From assembly GCA_000934665.2 (NCBI GenBank), contig JYFJ02001342.1:1-64000 (forward strand): 64,000 nucleotides of DNA. Reading direction: 5' to 3'. The stretch's first letter is position 1, and each line of letters begins with the position of its first letter. Position numbers and translations under genes: made by a program. The stretch is from Catajapyx aquilonaris. Taxonomy: Eukaryota. This document shows positions 11,501 to 62,662 of this stretch, piece by piece. Under the pieces are notes generated by a model. That model was not told the origin of the DNA. It did not search any database and saw only the letters and a list, made by a program, of their open reading frames with translations.

Positions 11501-14500
11501 GGGGCCAAAAAACAGGCAATACTCTCTGATTTATTTTACCCATCCACCCCTCCATGGACTGTACTTGTTACCAACCTAACCTCATGCATGTGGTATCGCA
11601 AACAATGTTCTAATTACATCATACAGCATACATTTGTGATATAAATTATTAATGTGAGTGTTCATTGACACTCTGCGTATTCCCTTGTCATGGACAGGAA
11701 GGAACAGCATTGACTATGTATTAGATTAATGGTGACAGCAGTGACCACACGTGTGAGGTTAGGTTGGTAACAAGTACAGTCCGTGGAGCTGTGGATGGGT
11801 GGATGAGAAGGGGGCTTGGTGACGTGTGTTGGGAGTGAAATAAATCAGACAGTAGTTTCAGGTAAGCATACTCGGAATAACAATGCATGCCACACCTCAG
11901 TGAAGGCCCAAGGAACGAAATCTGTTAATATGTACACTGCTAAATCGGCATGGGAAAACATTCTTCCTGGCACCAACCTCCTCTCACTTTCTCTTTTTTT
12001 GGATGTTAAAAATTTGGCCCCCCCAAGTAATGAATGCACCAAGTTTCAGCCTCCTACCTCTTTGGACGTTGGAGAAAAACTCTGGATAAAAAGACACCAC
12101 CTGGCTTTTATAATATAGGATGTATGCACTTATGAGGGAAAATTCATTATTCACCTCTGCCAACAGGAGAGCAGAAGAGGACAGGCTCAAAGATGCAGCC
12201 AAGCAGAGGAGAGCGAATTTGGCAGCCTGGGAGACTCTACAGGGTGAATTGGTTGAACTCCATGACTTACTATCTGACTTTGCACATATGGTCCATGTGA
12301 GTATTGTTCCCTGCCAATGACACACTGTGAGTGTGAAGATTAATGTTTTTTTGCATGTGGTGGTTGGTATAACAATCATGTGTGAATTGTTTGTTTACAT
12401 GCAGCAAAAGCTAAGGCGTAGCAAGCGGGTACAAGTAGGTGGAGTTGCTCGTAAGTGTTGTGATTTAGCTAGGTATGTAGGAATAGTACTTAAGTGGGGC
12501 ATCCCTCAAAGCTCCAGAGTGGTAAGCTCAGTGTGTGGCTTGGACTGGTAGACGTTGGCCGTAAATGTGCATTGTTCAATGTGACTATTTTCCCCATGTT
12601 CATACTGCATTACAAATTAAATAGAAGTGTAGCCCACACCTGTATTAAAGCATGTCTGCAGAGATCTCCCATTTTCCCAGCCCACAGTAATATTTTGAAG
12701 GAATCGCTAAGGTGTAACTTGAAAGTCTTGCATTATGACTAAATTAATCAGCACAATTAATCATCTCACCAATAGTCCAAACAAAAGTTGCACAACATAA
12801 GATGCACATGCATGGCACAATTAGGCATGATCTAATATGACCAGAATTTCTGACTTCCTGCCATTGCACTATTCGAACTGGAATCTACTGTGCTGTTTGA
12901 AATGTCCATTTTTCCTCCCATCCCAACTTTAATGCAAATGTCTCCTAACAAAGCAAAAAGTAAGGAAGGATATTGTATCCTTCTATAATTCAAAAAGTGA
13001 ATGAGGTATTAGCTGCCAAAACCTTTCTTGAAAAAGTCAATAGCATGCAAAATGTCACCGAAGTTACCTTTCTAGTTCATAGTAATCACCACAAATAACT
13101 TGCATTTTCACCTCTGTTTCTCTAAGTACCTTCCTACTTTAAATGGTTGTTGTGAAGACGAGAGACAAGTATCATTGGGTTTAGGTGTGGTGACACTACT
13201 ATTCAACACTCGATTCAACATCAGCAGAAATTTTATCATGGTAGCCACTCTTATCATGTTCGCTAGTTCTTCTGCACTTTCTCATGCAGTCCGTTTGAGG
13301 CCACCTGTACCTGCCAACAATGATACAGTGCACCATAGAATAAGATAGGTGTTGCACCTTGTGATTGTTTCCACTACCTGTTTATGAAATTCCTACTTAA
13401 TAATAATCATTGAAAAATATTTGAGCTACTGATGAGCATTTTCTGGCAGCTGGCTGTGCTGGTTACAACTTTTTGACACATTATGTGATTGATTATGGAG
13501 TAATTAGGTGTCTTCCTATACTCTTGAAAGAAGACCCTTTGAAGACATACCTTTGGGAGCTGAGTATTAATGTGGATGATGCCATCCACCAGAGAACTAG
13601 AAATGTACATGCCATCTGGATTTTGAGCTGTTCATGAATAAAGTTCCAAGATGGTTGAGTGGTTGTAAAAGACTCAGATTCTATGGCAGTAGAGGTCCAT
13701 TTACTGCCAGACTAATTAAGCTGCCTAATGACAGCTGAATTTTGACTCTGTATAACATCATAATTATGAAGAAAGATTGTGAAGGAAGAATGCAGATGTG
13801 GCCATTCTGGAAAGGAGACTGTCCCAGAATCGTCCTGGAAGTGACTGGGGGAAACCAAATGGTAGTTCAAAGTTCTAGTCATGTGAACCAGTACATCCTT
13901 TTCTAAGGAAAAAGAAAGACATCTAATTTTCCTTGAACCCACATATTCAAAGCTTTGATTCATTGCTTACTATTAAAATATTACTGAAAGTTCAAAATAT
14001 TTAAAATAAGTTAAAAAATAATTTAATAAGTTCTTCATTATTTTTTGTTTAGAACAACAAAGGTCTGCTAATTCTAGGCACTGAACAATAGAGAAGTGAG
14101 AAAATTTGAACTACCATGTATAAGAAGCCACTCTGTGTGGATTGGGGAAAGAGACTGTGTGTGTTTGCATATGTCTGTACATACGCCTGTAGGTGTTGTT
14201 TTAATGTGTTGTCCAGCATGACTATACTAAATCGAAATATTGTTATCTAACTTAAGAATTTACCTTATCAGGCCCAAAACAAGGAGATGGCAGCAGCAGA
14301 GGCAGCAGCTGCCTTCGCCATGGCAGATGCTCAAGCAGGCTTGGGAGAACTGGAAAAGGCTTCCAAAAGCAGAACAACTGTCTACCCTGTTGTGGGGGCA
14401 ATCTTAGGGGGTTGCCTAGGAGGTCCTGTTGGCTTGCTGGCTGGCTTCAAGCTCGGCTCTCTGGCTGCAATAGGAGGAGGGTTCCTGGGTGCGTTGGGAG

Positions 14501-16911
14501 GGAGGGCAGTGCGACGCATGAAGCATTAGTGACATGCAATTTGCTCAGTTTTGTACTATATGTTTTGATACGTGACACTAATGATCTGTTTGTGTACATG
14601 GCTGTGAAGTACTTACGAAATTACAGATTTATTTTCACTCTTTTGTTATTAGTTGTTTTCATTTTTTACAACTTGCAACCCATTTTTAGTTATGATTTGT
14701 AGAGACATATGCACATGTAGTATGCATGCATGACTAGTGTAATTTAGATTACAAATTTTAATGGAATTATCAGTATTTATTGCTTTTGCCTGAAGTAGGT
14801 GTATCATATGACCTTTTTACTGTTCTTGAATCTGCTAACTTGTAATTTCATATATCAGTAGTGAGAAAGGAGTTAAGTAGTTTGGGGGCAGCTTCACGAG
14901 ATTGTAAAATTGGTCGTAACTCCTAGCATAATATTTTCCACTTGGCACTAGTGGGTTACTTGAATTATTTTCCCATGCTGACAATGCTCCCATGCAGAAA
15001 TGCAGCAACAGGGATGGGTGATTCAGACCTGTATCAAAAGCATTGGAAGCCATACTGCAATCATAAAACAGGATTCTTGTGTACACATGATAACCACCAA
15101 ATCACTGTAATATGACACTGTGTGTTCACAATTTTGAAAATGGTACAGGATTACAGTGCCCAAAGTATAGGACTTCTGAAAGGAAATAATCCAGCAACAT
15201 TGAATATGGACCTGTAGGTTAGAATCGTTAGATCATTAATTCTGCTACTGGCACTGCTTGGATAGCTACAAGCTACGGGAATGAGAGGCATTGTTTCCCA
15301 ACACCAATAACAGGTAACCAATATATAATTACAGAGAAGTAGTCACCACTCCATGTCATAACTTCATACCTTGTACCCATAGAGTTAGATCCATAAAGAA
15401 CATCCTAAGGTAATAACACTTATCACTAGGCATCTTCTACCCAACTTTTTTTTTTAAATAATTTTACCCCGTGATGACCCTTACGGGTGCTATTGGGGGG
15501 TGGCATACCACCATCAGTTTTCCGTATATATTTTCACTTCATTCTCCGGTGCAAGGAAACAGGGACAATGGGAAAGGATAGGGATTTTTGGGGAGGGAAC
15601 ATGGGTGCAAGGTGCAATGTCGTAGCTATGGGTCATGTGCTGTTCCCCAGGAGGTTAGGTTGCCAGACACCTCCTTGGTGCAAGTCAGAGACCCTCCTGA
15701 CGCAGGTGAAAGGAAAGTTCCCCAGGCGCGGATCGAACCTGACTCTACCCAACAATATCAGCCAAATCTTAACTCACCGTAATTCTTCACACATGTAACA
15801 ACATCCTTCCCTACATTTTTATGGCTGTGAATATCATTATTTCTGGGGCTTACATTATACAGAAGGACTTCAGTGTTTGCCTAAGCTCCTTCCTCCACAA
15901 CTTTGATACAAAGTAAACATGGAGAAGAAGAGAGATGGGAAAGGGTGTCACGTGGGGGTCCAGGATGTAATGGTGGATCCCGGATATAAAATTACCACAG
16001 AGAATGTGGAAATGTGAAACAGATACTCTGTGGACACAAGTTTGATTTTCCCCTGGGTGTGAGAGTAACCCTTGTGGTTCTCGGTCCACACTTTTCTTAA
16101 TATATTGTAAGCTAGTGCATCAAGGAGAAGTTGTGTGTCTGATAGTATCTAAGAATACATATTCTGCTGGAAGCTGTACAAACAAAGACAAGTGCCTGAC
16201 ATTTAGTACTAAGATACAGTACTGTTTATGAGGTAATATGGACACATTTAGAAACCAACATTTTCCACACTTTTCTATTATGCTAGGTTGCTTTGTGATT
16301 TGGAAGTTCAAATCTCCCCCATGAGATAAGCAAGAAATTTTGATAAGAATGGTGGAAGTAATTTTCCACTAATTAAACAAAAATCATCTGCAATTGCCTC
16401 ATTATTCATTCAGTGTATAAGGCCCCTATTGGCGGTATCATAAATGGACCTGACATGCTTAGATTGTTGCCAGTATAATCCAGTGTGCAATACTTTGGGT
16501 GGAATTTTCGTCCCACTGATAGTCACTGCTAACTTAGCATACCAGTGTTGGCAATGGTACTGATAAGTTAGCAGTGACTATCAGTGAGACGTAAATTCCA
16601 CCTTTTGAAAATATTGTACGCAATACACTACCACTGGCCAACTCTGATCATATACAGAGGTCTTAATTGAGGAAGAATTTATCTTACCAATTCAATTTTC
16701 CCAAATAGGCTACACAAGCGGTGCCCTACTTAAGAAGCAGAGAGATGCAGTTCTTCGGCAGCGTCAGGCCAAGATCCTGGCCACAATCTCCCTCCGCAAT
16801 GCTGCAGCAGTAGCTGCCATGGCTGCTGCCAATGCTGCAGACATGTCATCGTTCCCATCCACTACTGATGCTACCCCAGCCATGCCCTTGCCACCACACC
16901 CACCTGACTGA
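8226..16911 (+). CDS. STX17: Syntaxin-17 (autophagosomal Qa-SNARE), spliced CDS of about 469 aa
   Basis: Exons 8226-8582, 9543-9738, 9982-10288, 12167-12296, 14272-14488 and 16709-16911 join in frame via GT-AG introns (1410 nt). The protein has the STX17-type N-terminal region (LRRAERPLDKY...HRGNIEKYRQSGEWDRAQREQLNAARLAQQLR) and the SNARE motif (AAWETLQGELVELHDLLSDFAHMVHAQ). It also has the diagnostic Gly-rich hairpin double TM with central Lys (YPVVGAILGGCLGGPVGLLAGFKLGSLAAIGGGFLG). The 5' non-coding exon(s) are unresolved. Confidence 0.93.
8310..8354 (+). repeat. 3 x 15-nt coding repeat, (A/V)ASTS
   Basis: gttgcatccacttct gctgcatccacatcc gctgcatccacatct. Confidence 0.8.
9543..9738 (+). CDS. 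STX17: STX17 coding exon 2
   Basis: tttgcacag|TACCGG ... ATAG|gtaggt; encodes YRQSGEWDRAQREQLNAARLAQQLRG...AIELFI. Confidence 0.9.
9982..10288 (+). CDS. STX17: STX17 coding exon 3 (Ser/Thr/Ala-rich linker)
   Basis: tttggcag|ATTCA ... TGCAA|gtatgt; its phases (1 in, 2 out) are needed to join exons 2 and 4. Confidence 0.85.
10767..11197. mobile_element. Palindromic Tc1/mariner-type MITE with TA target duplication, interrupted by a nested element
   Basis: TA-CAGTGGTGGAAATTAATG ... CATTAATTTCCACCACTG-TA, with about 60-bp inverted arms. Confidence 0.8.
10856..11135. mobile_element. hAT (Charlie-like) MITE, 280 bp
   Basis: TIRs CAGTGGTTCCCAAACT / AGTTTGGGAACCACCG with a perfect 8-bp TSD ATGTAGAG at 10848-10855 and 11136-11143. 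Confidence 0.88.
11538..11800. repeat. Inverted-repeat (MITE-like) element with CCTAACCT-containing arms
   Basis: About 55-bp arms acccatccac...ggactgtacttgttaccaacctaacctca / tgaggttaggttggtaacaagtacagtcc...gtggatgggt; TSD not resolved. Confidence 0.7.
12167..12296 (+). CDS. STX17: STX17 coding exon 4 (N-terminal half of SNARE motif)
   Basis: ccaacag|GAGAGCA ... GTCCAT|gtgagt; encodes AAWETLQGELVELHDLLSDFAHMVH. Confidence 0.92.
14272..14488 (+). CDS. STX17: STX17 coding exon 5 (C-terminal SNARE half and TM hairpin); read-through reaches a stop at 14529
   Basis: ccttatcag|GCCCAA; internal donor CTGG|gtgcgt after 14488; the unspliced frame ends GALGGRAVRRMKH*. Confidence 0.9.
15446..15760 (-). 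mobile_element. tRNA-derived SINE-like remnant
   Basis: B-box-like GGTTCGATCC near the minus-strand 5' end and an A-tail (T-run at about 15446-15455 on +). No complete tRNA cloverleaf. Confidence 0.45.
16498..16602. repeat. 105-nt near-perfect hairpin in STX17 last intron
   Basis: 39-nt arms matching at 37 positions, plus further pairing (tacca/tggta) in the loop. Confidence 0.85.
16709..16911 (+). CDS. STX17: STX17 terminal coding exon (end of TM2 plus basic cytosolic tail)
   Basis: The phase-1 acceptor ttcaattttcccaaatag|GC gives G-YTSGALLKKQRDAVLRQRQAK...PPHPPD*. This matches the G-aromatic-T-x-G plus basic pattern that follows TM2 in STX17 orthologues. It is missing from the ORF track because no start codon gives a 60-codon ORF. 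Confidence 0.8.
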
Positions 16912-17944
16912 CGTTGGGCCGGCAGCGGTCTAACCCGTCGCTGCTCAGCCCTGCCTTCTTGGTTCAGTCTGTGTGGTACTCCTGAGGTGGAGCCACAGGA
17001 TCTCTAAAAAGGGACAAAGAGACGCAACAAAAGAAAATTTGCTGCCTGACCAGCTTTTATAGCCTGCTTTTATGCATATCAACGGCCCAGTTACATGCAA
17101 ACATGTGGAAGTTTTGTAGCATGTTGGAGATGTTGACGTATTGTTAAGTTGTTTATATTTCTGTTCTGGTGTCCGGTTGTGTGAATGAATGGGCTTCCCC
17201 GGAACACGAGTGGTGATTTTCGCTGGAAACTGCAAATCACAGGCAATGGTGCAAAAGTAATGCCTATAATCGCTGCGAGTGATAACCAAAATTGAAACTT
17301 ACACGCTACAGTTTTCTTTTCTAGGCAAGGCACATTCAATCGTTCGAAACAGTTCAAAAACCCAAGAAATCTGTAGGACAATAACACAATTGTACCAGTA
17401 CCATTGTTACAATTTCCTAAACTTCAGGCATTACTTTTGTATGGAACAAGTTAGAATTGGTACACATGCTGCACAATGTTAATGCAACTACAGGAAAAGG
17501 GCTAATTTTGAAAAGTGCTCCATGCAAACGTGCAAGAGTATGGACGAAAAAATACCTACCGTACGTCCTGTCTGCAACATATGCTTCTCTATGGTCCAAT
17601 TTTCCCTTTTTGCCACTGCACTGTATACGTTTATATCACATAGAAGAAACAAGTGCTATTTTGAAGCAATAGTAGCTTCCATAGTACAAGGCTTCCACTT
17701 TTTTTCTGTACACTTCACATACAGTACCATGTAACACCAACTACCCCAATGAGAAATTGGAATGCATGTGGCTCAAAAATAGCCCTTTCCTGTACCATAA
17801 TTTCTGCATCCTCAGCATATGAGGAAAAGACATTTAAACACAGGGCAAGTGGCAGAATTGTCCCACATGTGAACTCAAGCCTTGTGAAAAACACATCGTT
17901 ATCAAGTCCCAGAAAAAGTGCATTTATAGACCAAAGAAGGGACT

Positions 17945-18012
17945 ATTAAAAATAAAAATAAAAAACCATGATTGTTTCAAGACTGATGGGCAATTTTCTT
18001 CCCTTTTTTAAT
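17945..18012. terminator. Convergent candidate polyadenylation signals
   Basis: + strand ATTAAA-AATAAA-AATAAA at 17945-17962 (STX17); - strand ATTAAA at 18012-18007 (obscurin). Confidence 0.45.
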
Positions 18013-18181
18013 ACATTTTTTTGTGCCCCCTGAGCTGAGTTTAGGTCGTCCGGGATGAAAGGAAAAGGATTCATACCATTTTACATGTGTTTAGAATGAG
18101 TGAGCCAACTTGTTCCAGCACAAAATATGAAGATGAAAGAGAATGAAGAGAGAAAGAAAACAGTGAAGAGAGGGAGATAGA

Positions 18182-58443
<40,262 letters not shown>

Positions 58444-59189
58444 TCTACTTTTTTCTCCTGGTCTATGTTGAGTCTGCTATCATCCACTGCTCCACTTTGG
58501 AATGGCTGACCTCGATAAAACGGATAGACCTATGAGTTGAAAATGAACAGGCTCGCAATAGCAAAGCAAGGTGTTTCAATCAGGACTGAAACACCCTGTC
58601 CACCGTCTGGTTTCATAATGCATGTCAAAAAACTTACAGTGTCCGCCTCACTCTGCCAAGATTAAGCAACAAGCGGCAACAAGGCAACAAACCCTGAACT
58701 ATGTTTTGCCCGTAAAGGTTAGGCCCGTTCTGTTTTTGGTGTCTTTGGCAGCAGTCTGCTGACACATCATTCATCAAAGACCTGGGTGGCTACAAAAATA
58801 GCGCCCAGTGTAAGTGTCATCCGTCAGTGTAGCAACGTCATGAAACCCAACCGCAGAGTTTTCCTTGAGTCGGACATACCGCCAATTTATGCGGCCATAA
58901 TGATGAAAAATTACTACCGGGCAGACATGCAGTGTGAAAACCAGGTGGACGCAACGAACATAGCCTCGTCGTCCTGACCTGCTAAATCACTGGCTGCGAC
59001 GTCGGCGTCACCTCCAATACCCCCTCCATTCGTAGCTATATCCGCACTTGTGGTGCACACACACACACCCGCACATACACACACAATCACTTAAGAGGAG
59101 GAAGGAGTGGAGATTGCGCCTTGGCGCCGGGGATGGGACTGCCTGTCTGTCGGTGTGTTGCTTCCTACTCCTCCCGACGCCACCAGAGA

Positions 59190-59415
59190 CTATTAATAGT
59201 ACATGGTGAGGAGGACGAGGGAGGAGGTGGGGAGGTGTGGGGGCAGGTGAGACTACTCAGCAGGTTGATGCTACTATAAAATTGGGTTGGGGGAGGCCCA
59301 TCCCAACCCGCCCACAAATATTAGTTCAGGCTTTGATTATTTGCCCACAGCGGGGTGTTCCTCCCAGATTCTAGAGGTCTTTCGCCTCATATTTCGGGAT
59401 TGGCCCTATTTTTAA
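59190..59415. promoter_or_regulatory. Candidate MEF2 sites upstream of the giant exon
   Basis: CTATTAATAG (59190-59199) and CTATTTTTAA (59406-59415) fit YTA(A/T)4TAR. They lie upstream of a putative non-coding exon whose donor ACT|gtaagt begins at 58637. Confidence 0.4.
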
Positions 59416-62142
59416 GCTGGGTGTCCCGGAACTAGCCCATTGGTGGAAAATTGGCGCTCAATTAAGCAGGGTTAATAAACGATTCCAAATTCTGTTAATA
59501 AAACGTGCCCGGAGGGGAAATTGCCAAGACCTCATTTTATGAGAGGGGTTTGCCCTGAAAGTGGTGCCAAATGGTGTCCACATGTCCATCTGGTGTCCCC
59601 AATGTGACTCTTTATACAACCAGCCACGTGTCCAGTATTAGGCGACCGATTTGATTCATTCTGATGGAACACACTGCACCGTATACATTATGATGTGGGT
59701 TTAGACGTCCTTCAACTGTCATGCGCAGACGCTGTGAGTTATGATGACTCTTACTCGTTCAGCCCAACCCAAAATAAACCGCTTTGGTGTAAAGATCCTT
59801 GCCCCCGCCACTTATATACACTGTTAGGGCATACGTCAAGAAAGGTATAAGGTGACCTTTGCGTCGCAGAGATGTCTGTCGAAAAGGTTCATTAAATAAA
59901 TTGCCATCTCATGGGTCTAATTTAGAACCTTTCATTTTTTTGTGGAGGATTGTCACCATCACATATCATGACCCAGTTTTGCAAAACCCGTGTCGAAAGC
60001 CTCACGGCAGCTAATTTTCGAAGAGGGATATGCATGATACGTGTTACATGCAGGGCGTATCTATAGGCTTCAAGCAAGTTGCCAGTTCAAGAGGGCTAAA
60101 TAAGAGTTATGGATGGTTTACTGTCTAGCAACCAGTTTAAAGAGACGAAATCATCACAAAAAAATAATGTGGCCATTATTGCTGCTTTCAATGGGTTTCT
60201 TCTATTTACACTGGTTGTTGTGCCTATCAATAACCTCTTTGGATGGTACAACTCCGTGTACGTTTTGGAGGAAATATTGCAGGGTCAACAGCTAGATGGC
60301 CGTCCCAGAGCGACAGTTGGGGCCAATTGTTTTACCTCAAATTAAAGAGAAAACTTATTCCGATTGTCATAATTTGTGTTGTGAATATAATATACACTTA
60401 ATCGGATTTATCCTAACTTGCTTTTATACAATCTACTCGAGTATACTCGTAGTGCCAGCGGTCGCATTTATACCATGGATATCAATTCATTAAACGCAGT
60501 GGTGATAAATTCGGCATGAAAGGTAACGATCGCAATAATTTTGTATGTCGTGTGCGGCCAGCGTAAGGCGCAGTATTTGTGGACCGCCTTCTGATGAGTA
60601 GGCCAAAATCGCCCACATAATCTATTAGTCTATCGGCACCAGGAACCATCTGCAGGCGAAGTCACGGTTTACATTATAACTTCTAAACCAGTCAGCATTC
60701 CTGGGTGACGTCTGGCTATATACAGTATATTTCTAATTTGGAAAGTCCACACAGGACTTGAGATATCGTAAGCTATAGTCCGGGAAGCAAATATGACGCA
60801 ATTTTTATATCATTAGTCCAACAATTTCATGGGGGTGCTACACTCATGTCAGTCTGCAGGTTCTGGTACATGTAGTGTGTAACACTAAAACAACATATAC
60901 ACAGTCTGTATTATTTAGTCTTCCAGACACGTAGGGCGTACACAGTAGGCTACAATTTGGGTTTTCCCACTGACGCTACCTGTATTAATATGACTGGACG
61001 TGAAAAAGAATATATGCTATCTGGAACAATGAGACTAATATTATTTCACTGCAATAAACCTGACTACATCAGTAATACAACGTCGTCGTGTTTAAAAGGA
61101 AAATGCATATACATAGACAAGTTTGAGTTTTCTACCATATATGAACCGCAGACATCGACGTGCTATACCAACTGTCAGACTGTAAACGTATATACAGTTA
61201 GTTTGTGATGAAAAATATCCACATGACAAACAATGCAAACTTATCCCTATAGCTTATTCCTGCTTCACGCTAGCTCGCCTACAAAGCTCATCTGACAGAG
61301 TATAGAGATACGTTAATAAACACTCACACAATGCTGAATACTAGGCTGGAAAGTAAGTCCAGAGCCTGCCTGCCTGTACATTGTGAAGCACTCCTTGTGC
61401 CCCTGCCGAAAACCAACTGTCGCCAGCTACTTTTATTGTCAATCCCCGGACCTCCCATGGACGGGCTCATCAGATTCCGTGCCTTCGTCGCCTGGTAGCC
61501 CACCGTGGCCCATCTAATCCTATCCGAGCGGAGGAAAGCCTGGATATACTCCAGCCATCCTTTTCACACCTGGGTGACCCTTGGACCAAAACAACGACTC
61601 TTCTACAAACATCACCTCTCCCACGTCCCACGCAAGGAGGCGTGTGGGTGAGGCACATAATGCAGCGTTGTCTTTTTATGACACTTGCTGGTTACCGTGC
61701 ATACGTTGTACTGCGACAAATGCATGCACCTGCACGGCAGGCAATGTAATGGCTTTGCTGAAATAAACTTATCTGCAAGCCTTATTCCTTCTGCAAATCA
61801 AGCTTATAGTAATGAAATAATAAATCTACATGACGTATAGTATGAGTTGTGAAAAAAGGAAAATCTGAAAATATTACGAATCACCATTTTTCTTTCCGTC
61901 ATATTGGAGATATCCTATCAGGAGTGGCTCAAAGGAAGAAGAATTCTACAGGTTTAGAGATAAGCCTATTCTGTGTGGACTTTTCGATTCAGTCAAGTTG
62001 CATTTTGTAAATGCCAAACTTTGTACAACCTTGAAATATCACATTAATAAAATAATATGAACGTTTACAAGTGGGACACGACTGACTGAGTAAAATTTTA
62101 AAATACCTAGTACTGTACAGTGAGCACTGAGAATACATTGTA

Positions 62143-62662
62143 CAGGGTGTAACAAAGTTATTTCTAGCACACCACATATTGCACTTGATATTTTTTTAAA
62201 TTAACATTAGCTCTATAAATATGAATTTTTTTGAATGTCTGACAGGAAAGGCAATTTCTCTCCAAACACTGAAACACACGTCTGCCAAAACTGTCCACAA
62301 GTTTGAACGTAGGCCATATCCTCTTTTGTGACCGATGCCCGTTCCTGCTGAACTCTCCTAATTAACTCCCGACGATTTCTTGGCCTGGGTTGCTTGAAAA
62401 CACTGTATTGCAGCCTGGCCCACAGGTGTTCAATAGGATTTAAATCTGGAGAGTTTCCAGGCCAGTCAAGCCACACCTTTCCATACATCTTTTGTGCTGC
62501 TGCAATGGACACTTTCGCAGTGTGGAATTTTGCACCATCTTGCATAAGCACCTTCAGGTTTTGTTTTGGAAAGATATGGCAGTCCTTCATCGTTTCTCCA
62601 TACTTTGGCAACATCTTGTCACGACGATATTCCCCGTTTAAAAAATTACTGAGACTTTGCAC
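62143..62662 (-). mobile_element. 5'-truncated Tc1-family DNA transposon with DDE transposase fragment (ORF 62213-62662)
   Basis: QDGAKFHTAK...WPGNSPDLNPIEHLW is the Tc1 catalytic signature; TA-CAGGGTG terminus at 62141-62149. The N-terminal part is missing and the C-terminus appears frameshifted. Confidence 0.9.

Noticed and set aside
16764..17003. 79-aa minus-strand open frame after a strong acceptor-like tract, as a possible alternative obscurin C-terminus (with a possible 32-nt linking exon at 18108-18077)
   Set aside because: Much of it is the codon-aligned antisense of the STX17 terminal exon, which has family-level sequence support. The linking splice sites are weak, so it is not called as coding.
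60109..60493. Overlapping short hydrophobic ORFs that look like signal peptides
   Set aside because: Short and AT-rich, with no convincing splice or homology support.
60585..60625. CTGATGAG motif suggesting a hammerhead ribozyme
   Set aside because: No stem II followed by GAAA in the required position.
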